From: Candidatus Limnocylindria bacterium
GTDB taxonomy: Bacteria > Chloroflexota > Limnocylindria > P2-11E
Direction of reading: 5' to 3'
Assembly: GCA_036555955.1 (NCBI GenBank)
Contig: DATBKH010000170.1
Location: 1-54,924 of the forward strand
DNA length: 54,924 bases
Positions within the stretch are counted from its first letter, which is position 1, and each line of letters opens with the position of its first letter. Below, in pieces: positions 44,173-51,289 of the stretch. The notes below the pieces were generated by a model that ran no database searches, had not been told where the DNA came from, and saw nothing but the letters and a program-made list of their open reading frames with translations. A program made the translations under genes and the position numbers.

Positions 44173-45263
44173 CCCGCGGCGCCACCCGCTCGGCCGATGC
44201 GCGGGTCGAGCTTCGAGTACAGAAGATCCGCCGCCAGGTTCGCGATTACGACGGTGATCGTCGTCAGCAGCACGATCCCCTGGATCACCGGATAGTCGCG
44301 CTGGGTCACCGCCGCGAGAAGCCGCAGGCCGACGCCCTGGTACGCGAAGATCTGCTCGATGATCGCGGCGCCCCCGACGATGAACCCGACGCTGATCGCG
44401 AGCTGCGTCACGAGCGGCAGCACCGCGTTACGGCCAACGTAGGCGCTGCGGATGCGGCCGTCGGAGAGGCCGCGAGCCCGCGCGGCGGTGACGTAGTCCT
44501 CCTCGAGCGCGGAGAGCGTCGCCGATCGCATCGACAGGATCCAGTGGCCGATCTGCGTGAGGAAGTAGATCGTCACCGGAAGTGCCGCGTGATAGAAGAT
44601 GTCGCCGATGAACTGAGGCGTGAACCCCGGCTGGAGTCCGGGTGAGTACGCGCCGCGCATGGACGTGAAGTTGATGATGTGGCTCTGCACGCCCAGGAAC
44701 ACGATCATCAGGAGCGCGATCAGGTAGTTCGGGACCGAGCTCACGAACGAGCCCGTGGTCGAGACGACGTGGTCGAGGAGCGAGTTGCGGCGGTAGGCGG
44801 CCAGGAGGCCGAGCGCGATGCCGACGACGAAGCTCAATAGAAGTCCCGTGCCGACGGAGAAGAGCGTCCACGGCAGCACCGCGAGGATGATCGCCGTCAC
44901 GCTCGTGCCCGCCGACAGGAACGAGTTTCCGAGATCGAGGTGCAGCAGGCTCCAGATGAAGGAGAGGTACTGCTGATGCAGCGGCGCGCTGAGATCGATC
45001 GCGAACAGCCCTGAGGCGATCGCCTTCGCGTCGTCGTACGTCAACGCCCCGTTCGCCGTCTGGATGAGCTCGTCGATCTTCAGCTCGACTGGGCTGCCCG
45101 GCATCAGCCGGATGAGGAAGAACGTGATCGACGTCGTCACCCAGATCGTGAGCGCCGCTTTGAAGAACGCGCGCGCGATGGGATGCCGCCAGAAGCCGCC
45201 GAAATAGCGGCGCGGGTTCCAGCGGACGCCGATGGGCTTGGCGGCGACCGGGACCGCGGTCAT
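44169..45263 (-). CDS. Peptide ABC transporter permease (DppB/OppB-like)
   Basis: N-terminal ...ALTIWVTTSITFFLIRLMPGSP and EAA-like region YVTAARARGLSDGRIRSAYVGRNA. 4-nt overlap with the next permease. Confidence 0.9.
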   Translation of the reverse strand: MTAVPVAAKPIGVRWNPRRYFGGFWRHPIARAFFKAALTIWVTTSITFFLIRLMPGSPVELKIDELIQTANGALTYDDAKAIASGLFAIDLSAPLHQQYLSFIWSLLHLDLGNSFLSAGTSVTAIILAVLPWTLFSVGTGLLLSFVVGIALGLLAAYRRNSLLDHVVSTTGSFVSSVPNYLIALLMIVFLGVQSHIINFTSMRGAYSPGLQPGFTPQFIGDIFYHAALPVTIYFLTQIGHWILSMRSATLSALEEDYVTAARARGLSDGRIRSAYVGRNAVLPLVTQLAISVGFIVGGAAIIEQIFAYQGVGLRLLAAVTQRDYPVIQGIVLLTTITVVIANLAADLLYSKLDPRIGRAGGAAG

Positions 45264-45272
45264 ATCGAGAGA

Positions 45273-45959
45273 TTAACCCTCGGCCGGGCGAGCGAGCCGC
45301 GCCAGGAGCTCGCCGAGCGGGACCTCCGCGCAGGATGCGAGACGGCAATCGGCACGCGAGAGGTCGAGCGTGCCTGTCACCTCGTTCGGCACGGCGACCA
45401 CGCGCAGACCCGCGGCTTTCGCGGCGGCGATACCGTTCGGCGAGTCCTCGATGGCGACGGCTTCGGCGGGCGCGACGCCGAGTTCCTCGACCGCCCGTAC
45501 GTACAAATCCGGAGCCGGCTTGGCGCGCGGCGCGTCCTCGCGGCAGACGACGGCGTCCCAGGCGCCGACGAGGCCGAGGCGCTCGACGTGCCCGTGCACG
45601 TACGCGCGTGGCGAGCTCGAGGCGATCGCGAGGCGCAATCCGAGCCGGCGGCCCTCCGCGATGTAGTCGCGCACGCCGGCCATCACGTCGAGGCGCGCGA
45701 TGAGGTCGGACTTCAGCGCGTCGCGACGTGATCGCACCGAGTCGCGGTCGAACGACGTGCCGACGAGCGACTCGAGATGAGCGAGCGCGTCGAACCAGCC
45801 GGCCTCGCGACCGATGTAGTCGAGCCACCGATCCATCGGAAGCTCGTGACCGTGCTCGCGATAGATCTCGGACCACGAGCGGTACGACGGCGTCTCCGTT
45901 TCGAGGATCAGGCCGTCGAAGTCGAAGACGATCGCGCGGATCGCGTGGGTCGTGGTCAG
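45273..45959 (-). CDS. HAD-superfamily hydrolase (beta-phosphoglucomutase-like subfamily)
   Basis: AIVFDFDGLILETE (DxD motif), ASSS, and EDSPNGIAAAKAAG. The start is uncertain: the nearest candidate is a CTG at 45959 overlapping the upstream TGA. There is no ATG/GTG/TTG between it and the DxD motif. Confidence 0.7.
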   Translation of the reverse strand: MTTTHAIRAIVFDFDGLILETETPSYRSWSEIYREHGHELPMDRWLDYIGREAGWFDALAHLESLVGTSFDRDSVRSRRDALKSDLIARLDVMAGVRDYIAEGRRLGLRLAIASSSPRAYVHGHVERLGLVGAWDAVVCREDAPRAKPAPDLYVRAVEELGVAPAEAVAIEDSPNGIAAAKAAGLRVVAVPNEVTGTLDLSRADCRLASCAEVPLGELLARLARPAEG

Positions 45960-46696
45960 CGGCTGCGCAGCCTCGAGAGGAGCCGGAGCAGCTCGATGTA
46001 GAGCCAGACGAGCGTGACGAGCAACGCGAACGCGCCGTACCACTCCATGTACTTCGGAGCCCGCGCCGCGACGCCGCGCTCGACGAGATCGAAGTCGAGC
46101 AGCAGGTTGAACGCCGCGATCCCGATGACGATCACGTTCACCGCGATGCCGAGCGCGCCGGATCCGGCCACGGCCTCGTTCAGGTATGCGACCTGGACGC
46201 CGATCACGTTCAGGACGAGCGACGCGAGATAGACGAGCGCCACGGCGCCGGTCGCCGCGAACACCGCGATCCGGAGCTTGTCCGTGACGCGGATGAGGTG
46301 AGTGCGGTAGATGACGAGGAACGCGATGAAGATCGCGACCGTCAGCGAGACGGCCGGGATGACGATGCCCGGGAAGGCCGTCTCCAGGAGCACCGAGATG
46401 CCACCGACGAAGAGGCCCTCGGCGAACGCGTAGAGCGGGGCGGTGACCGGCGCCCACGCCTTGCGGAACACCGTGACGAGAGAAAGGACCAGACCGGCGA
46501 CCGCGCCGATGAGCCAGTAGCCGGGACCCGCCCACATGGAGACGAACGCGCCTGCCATGAGGATGAACACGAGCGCGAACGCGCGGTTGACCGTCCCGTC
46601 CAGCGTCATGGCCTCGCCGCTGGTGGTCGTGAGACCGTCGAACGTCTTGTCGTTGAAGGCCGGATTGGCCGAACGGCGTGGCAGGAGTTCCTTCAA
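45956..46696 (-). CDS. Bax-inhibitor-1/YccA-family membrane protein
   Basis: Seven hydrophobic segments. The N-terminal SANPAF...NRAFALVFILMAG and the C-terminal basic tail LLRLLSRLRSR are typical of the family. Confidence 0.85.
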   Translation of the reverse strand: MKELLPRRSANPAFNDKTFDGLTTTSGEAMTLDGTVNRAFALVFILMAGAFVSMWAGPGYWLIGAVAGLVLSLVTVFRKAWAPVTAPLYAFAEGLFVGGISVLLETAFPGIVIPAVSLTVAIFIAFLVIYRTHLIRVTDKLRIAVFAATGAVALVYLASLVLNVIGVQVAYLNEAVAGSGALGIAVNVIVIGIAAFNLLLDFDLVERGVAARAPKYMEWYGAFALLVTLVWLYIELLRLLSRLRSR

Positions 46697-46737
46697 TTTC
46701 GCCCCCTCTCATTCGATTATGGGGGGCTCAGTTCGGG

Positions 46738-48102
46738 TCAGCGCTGTTCGGCGAAAGCGGAGTACAGCCGTGCCGTCGCGCGGAGCGCGCGCCAGTAGTT
46801 ATCGAGCAGGATGTGCTCGTTCGGGGCGTGCGCGCCCGCGCCGGGGTGGCCCATGCCGAGCGTCACGTTCGCCATCCGCCGCTCGTGGCAGACGACCCAC
46901 ATCGGACTCGTTCCGCCGCTCGACGGAACGAGTACGGCCGGTTTGCCGAAAGCCTCCTCGGCCACCTCGGCGACCGCGCGCACCAGCGGCGCGTCTGCGG
47001 GACCGCGATACGGATGCTCGCCCTCCTCGGCGCTGAACTCGACGTCGCTGAACCCATGCCGGTCGAGATGCGCGCGGAGGAGCTCGGCGACCTTCGCGGG
47101 GTCCTGATCCGGGACGAGGCGGAAATCGATCTTGCCCGTCGCCTCCGCGGGGATGACGGTCTTCGAGCCCGGTCCGTTGTAGCCGGATTCGATCCCGCAC
47201 ACGTTACAGGTGGGCTCGAACACGGACGCGCGCTTCGCGTCGGCGTCCGCGCGCCCGAACGCGAATCGCTCGATGCCGACGACCTGACGCGTCGCCGCGG
47301 CGTCGAACGGCATCTCGTCGAGCATGCGGCGATCGGCGGCGCTCGGTTCGCGCACGTCGTCGTAGAACCCGTCGATGAGCACGCGGCCCCGCGGGTCCAT
47401 GAGCGACGCGAAGGCGTGCGCGAGCCGCCACGCGGCGTTCGGGTAGTGCGTCGCGCCTCCGGAATGCGCGTCGCGCGCCATCGTGCGGACGCGGAAGTGG
47501 CAGTACAGGATGCCCTTGCCGCCGAGGGAGAGGATCGGCCGGCCCTCGCTGTCGAGCGCACCGCCCTCCTTGAGCGCGCCGTGCGCGTCGGTGAGTCCCG
47601 GTTCGAGCGCGAGCAGCCGCGCGAGATTCGGGCTGCCGGATTCCTCTTCGCCCTCGATGAGGAAGCGCACCCTGATCGGGAGGTCGCCGAACACGGCGCG
47701 GTGCGCCTCGACCGCCTGGATGCGCAGCAGGAGATGTCCTTTGTTGTCGTCGACGCCGCGCGCGTACATGGCGCCGTCGCGGAGCGTGGGCTCGTAAGGC
47801 GGCGTCTTCCAGAGGTCGAGCGGCACCGCCGGCTGCACGTCGTAGTGCTGGACGCCGACGAGCGTCCGCTTACCGCTGCCGGTCTCGCCGGCGACGAGCG
47901 GCGGCGCTTCCTCGGACCGCAGCTCACGCGCGTCGGCGAAGCCTGCCGCGTACAGGCGCTCGCGGCACCAGCGCGCCGCGGCGCGCAGAGCAGCGGGGTC
48001 CGAAGCTTCGCAGGGGATCGCACAGAGCTGCTGCAGCTCGTCGACGAAGCGGTCGCGCTGGGACGCGATGAACCGATCGAGATCGTCACGTGGATCGGGC
48101 AT
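46738..48102 (-). CDS. M20-family dipeptidase/deacylase
   Basis: Metal-ligand motifs VQHYDVQP, VDDNKGH, IEGEEESGS, and a C-terminal ...HAPNEH. Confidence 0.85.
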   Translation of the reverse strand: MPDPRDDLDRFIASQRDRFVDELQQLCAIPCEASDPAALRAAARWCRERLYAAGFADARELRSEEAPPLVAGETGSGKRTLVGVQHYDVQPAVPLDLWKTPPYEPTLRDGAMYARGVDDNKGHLLLRIQAVEAHRAVFGDLPIRVRFLIEGEEESGSPNLARLLALEPGLTDAHGALKEGGALDSEGRPILSLGGKGILYCHFRVRTMARDAHSGGATHYPNAAWRLAHAFASLMDPRGRVLIDGFYDDVREPSAADRRMLDEMPFDAAATRQVVGIERFAFGRADADAKRASVFEPTCNVCGIESGYNGPGSKTVIPAEATGKIDFRLVPDQDPAKVAELLRAHLDRHGFSDVEFSAEEGEHPYRGPADAPLVRAVAEVAEEAFGKPAVLVPSSGGTSPMWVVCHERRMANVTLGMGHPGAGAHAPNEHILLDNYWRALRATARLYSAFAEQR

Positions 48103-48143
48103 GTTTCGCAGTATGCCCGCGGGAGTTTCGGCATGATGATCCG

Positions 48144-48473
48144 GTGGGCGAGGTCGCGTGGACGCGAGAGGTGCGGGAGGTGGTGCGCCGCATACCGCGC
48201 GGGCGCGTGGCGACGTACGGCCTCGTTGGAGTGATCGCGGGGCGGCCCCTCGCCGCGCGCGCCGTCGGCAACGTCATGCGCGCGTGCGACGATCCCGCGG
48301 TGCCGTGCCACCGCGTCGTGCGGTCCGACGGGCGCCCGGCGTTCCCGCGTCACCGCGCGCGGCTGCGGCGCGAGGGAGTCGGGTTCGTCGGCGCGCGCGT
48401 CGACCTGGCGCGCCACCTCTGGAGTCCCCGCCTTCCGAGCCGTGGACTAGCATCCGGACGGGCGAATCGCTAG
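48144..48473 (+). CDS. MGMT-family single-domain protein (methylated-DNA-protein-cysteine methyltransferase DNA-binding domain)
   Basis: VVRRIPRGRVATYGLVG...A.AVGNVM... and PCHRVV (active-site Cys present). GTG 48144 chosen, because the track start GTG 48090 would overlap the divergent M20 gene start. Confidence 0.7.
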   Translation: MGEVAWTREVREVVRRIPRGRVATYGLVGVIAGRPLAARAVGNVMRACDDPAVPCHRVVRSDGRPAFPRHRARLRREGVGFVGARVDLARHLWSPRLPSRGLASGRANR

Positions 48474-48485
48474 CGAGGGAGCGCA

Positions 48486-49325
48486 ATGACGACGGTGAAA
48501 GCCGCGCTGGTGCAGTGCGCGTGGACCGGCGACAAGGACTCCATGATCGAACGCCACGCGAAGTACATCGCGGATGCCGCGAAGCAGGGCGCGCAGGTGC
48601 TGTGCCTGCAGGAGCTCTTTTACGGACCGTACTTCTGCCAGGTGCAGGACACCAAGCACTACAGCTACACCGAGAAGATCCCCGACGGTCCGACCACCAA
48701 GCTCATGCAGGAGCTGGCGAAGAAGCACTCCATGGTGCTCATCGTCCCCATGTACGAGGAAGACCAGGTCGGCGTGTACTACAACACCGCGGCCGTGATC
48801 GACGCCGACGGGAAGTACCTCGGCAAGTACCGCAAGACGCACATCCCGCACGTGAACGGGTTCTGGGAGAAGTTCTACTTCCGTCCCGGCAACATGGGCT
48901 ACCCGGTCTTCGACACGGCCGTCGGCAAGGTCGGCGTGTACATCTGCTACGACCGGCACTTCCCCGAGGGCGCGCGCATGCTCGGTCTCCACGGCGCGGA
49001 GCTCGTCTTCATACCGTCGGCGACGTCACGCGGTCTCTCCATGCACCTCTGGTTCATCGAACAGACCGCGCACGCGATCGCGAACGGCTACTGGGTCGGC
49101 ACGATCAACCGGGTGGGGCAGGAGAAGGAATTCGGACCGAACGAGTACTACGGCTCGAGCTACTTCGCGGACCCGCGCGGCAAGATCGTCGCGCAGGCGT
49201 CCGACAAGGAGGAGCAGCTGCTCGTCGCCGATCTGAACATGGATCTCGTGCGCGAGGTCCGGAACACGTGGCAGTTCTATCGTGACCGCCGGCCGGACAT
49301 GTACGAGGACATGGTGAAGCCCTAG
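48486..49325 (+). CDS. Carbon-nitrogen hydrolase (nitrilase superfamily; beta-ureidopropionase / N-carbamoyl-amide amidase-like)
   Basis: RBS GAGGGAG. Catalytic E-K-C contexts LCLQELF, KYRKTHIP and VYICYDRHFPE. Confidence 0.9.
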   Translation: MTTVKAALVQCAWTGDKDSMIERHAKYIADAAKQGAQVLCLQELFYGPYFCQVQDTKHYSYTEKIPDGPTTKLMQELAKKHSMVLIVPMYEEDQVGVYYNTAAVIDADGKYLGKYRKTHIPHVNGFWEKFYFRPGNMGYPVFDTAVGKVGVYICYDRHFPEGARMLGLHGAELVFIPSATSRGLSMHLWFIEQTAHAIANGYWVGTINRVGQEKEFGPNEYYGSSYFADPRGKIVAQASDKEEQLLVADLNMDLVREVRNTWQFYRDRRPDMYEDMVKP

Positions 49326-49345
49326 TGACGGGAGCGGACTGAGCG

Positions 49346-50821
49346 ATGGCGACGACGGCCCCCGCGATCGCGGTGGAGCAGATGCTCATCGGCGGCGAGT
49401 GGGTCCGCGCCGCGGACGGCCGCACGTTCGACGTCGACACGCCCGCGCATCGCGGCCGCGCGATCGCGCGGGTGCCCGCGTCCGGTGCCGAGGACGTCGA
49501 CCGCGCGGTGCGGGCGGCGCACGCCGCGTTCCCCGGTTGGCGCGCGGTGGCGCCGCGCGAGCGCGGCCGCATCCTCACCCGCATCGCGGACGATCTCGAC
49601 GCGGCGGTCGAGGACCTGAGCCGCACGCTCGCGTCCGAGACGGGGAACGCGATCCGAACGCAGGCGCGTCCCGAGGCGAAGGTCACGGCCGACCTCTTCC
49701 GCTACTTCGGCGGTCTCGGCGGGGAGCTCAAGGGCGAGACCGAGGCGCTCGGCGAAGGGATGCTTTCGTACACGCGGCGCGAGCCCTACGGCGTCGTGGC
49801 GGCGATCGTCCCCTGGAACGTGCCGATCCAGATCTCGGCCTGGAAAGTCGCGCCGGCGCTGCTTGCCGGGAACACCGTCGTGCTCAAGCCGTCGGCGAGC
49901 GCGCCGCTCGCGGTGCTCGAGCTCGCGAAGATCGCGCAGCGCCACCTCCCGAAGGGCGTCCTGAACGTCGTCACCGGGACCGGCGACGCGGTCGGAACCC
50001 CGCTCGCGTCGCATCCGCTCGTCGCGAAGGTCTCGTTCACCGGGAACACCGAGACGGGCAAGGCGATCCTCCGGGCCGCCGCCGACCGGATCGTCCCGGT
50101 CACGCTCGAGCTCGGCGGCAAGAGCCCCCAGATCCTCTTCCCCGACGCCGACACCGACCGCACCGCCGACGGCGTCATCGCCGCCATGCGCTTCGCCCGT
50201 CAGGGCCAGTCGTGCACCGCGGGTTCGCGGCTGTTCGTGCACGAGGACGTGTACGAGTCGTTCCTCGCGCGGCTCGCGGGGAAGCTCGCCAAGCTGAAGG
50301 TCGGAGACCCGCTCGATGAGACGAGCGACATGGGCGCGATCGTGAGCCGGCAGCAGTTCGAGAAGGTCTGCGCCTACATCGACGAGGGCACTCGCCAGCG
50401 GGGCGCGCGCACGCTCGCCGGCGGCCTCCCGCCGAAGGAGGGCGCGCTCGCGGAGGGCTACTACCTCGAGCCGACGCTCTTCGCCGACATGCGCAACGAC
50501 TGGCGCCTCGCGAAGGAGGAGATCTTCGGCCCGGTGCTCGTCGCGATCCGGTGGCGCGATGAGGCCGAGGCGATCCGGATGGCGAACGACACGCATTTCG
50601 GGCTGGCGGCGTACGTCTGGTGCAACGACCTCGGTCGCGCGGTCCGCACCGCGCACGCGCTGGACGCCGGGTGGGTGCAGGTGAACCAGGGCGGCGGACA
50701 GGTCGTCGGCCAGCCGTACGGTGGCTTCAAGCAGAGCGGCCTCGGACGCGAGAACTCGCTCGAGGGGATGCTCGAGTCGTTCACGCAACGCAAGAGCGTG
50801 AACATCAACATCGCTCCGTGA
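49346..50821 (+). CDS. NAD(P)-dependent aldehyde dehydrogenase
   Basis: FTGNTETGK, ELGGKSP, and QGQSCTAGSR (catalytic Cys). EEIFGPV near the C-terminus. Confidence 0.9.
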   Translation: MATTAPAIAVEQMLIGGEWVRAADGRTFDVDTPAHRGRAIARVPASGAEDVDRAVRAAHAAFPGWRAVAPRERGRILTRIADDLDAAVEDLSRTLASETGNAIRTQARPEAKVTADLFRYFGGLGGELKGETEALGEGMLSYTRREPYGVVAAIVPWNVPIQISAWKVAPALLAGNTVVLKPSASAPLAVLELAKIAQRHLPKGVLNVVTGTGDAVGTPLASHPLVAKVSFTGNTETGKAILRAAADRIVPVTLELGGKSPQILFPDADTDRTADGVIAAMRFARQGQSCTAGSRLFVHEDVYESFLARLAGKLAKLKVGDPLDETSDMGAIVSRQQFEKVCAYIDEGTRQRGARTLAGGLPPKEGALAEGYYLEPTLFADMRNDWRLAKEEIFGPVLVAIRWRDEAEAIRMANDTHFGLAAYVWCNDLGRAVRTAHALDAGWVQVNQGGGQVVGQPYGGFKQSGLGRENSLEGMLESFTQRKSVNINIAP

Positions 50822-51279
50822 ATGGCGGCGTCATCGTCGACCTCGACGCCGAGGACGTACCGCCGGGTCGCGACCGCCGTCGCGCCATCGCCTACGGCTT
50901 CGCGATCTGCCTCGCGCTCAGCGCCGCGGCCGTGGGACGCGACGGCCCCGCCGCGACGGCGCCGAGCAAAGCGCTGACGACGACCGTCTTCGACCGATCG
51001 GGTATGACGATCATCGGAGCCCAGCCGCGCACGCTGACGCTGCCGCCCGGTACGGCGGACGCGCGCCTGTTCACCATGCCCGACCGGATCGCGAACGAGC
51101 CGCTCGTGAACCTCCCGTTCGTACGCGTGCGGATCCGCGGCACCGACGGTTTGGGCGTCCGTGTCGGCTCTCCGGAGGGCGCGTGGGTCATGTGGACCGA
51201 GGACGGGACCGCGTACTGGTTGAGCTCGGAGCATCGCGACCTCTCCGATCTCGCGGACCTGGCGGGGTCGCTGCGCTAG
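50818..51279 (+). CDS. Single-TM hypothetical protein with a DUF4367-like C-terminus
   Basis: The GTG overlaps the ALDH stop (GTGA). TM segment AIAYGFAICLALSAAAV. The C-terminal WVMWTEDGTAYWLSSEHRDLSDLADLAGSL resembles the DUF4367 pattern of anti-sigma-type proteins (weak call). Confidence 0.45.
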   Translation: MNGGVIVDLDAEDVPPGRDRRRAIAYGFAICLALSAAAVGRDGPAATAPSKALTTTVFDRSGMTIIGAQPRTLTLPPGTADARLFTMPDRIANEPLVNLPFVRVRIRGTDGLGVRVGSPEGAWVMWTEDGTAYWLSSEHRDLSDLADLAGSLR

Positions 51280-51289
51280 GAGCGCGGTG

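Noticed and set aside
48121-48234. ATG 48133 has an ideally spaced RBS (GGGAG, 7-nt spacer) but is in a different frame from the MGMT-domain ORF, which suggested a frameshifted gene.
   Set aside because: The in-frame GTG 48144 gives a normal-length MGMT-family N-terminus. The ATG frame encodes only a 33-aa Arg/Trp-rich peptide. No homopolymer or slippery site is evident. Only read-level data could revive the idea.
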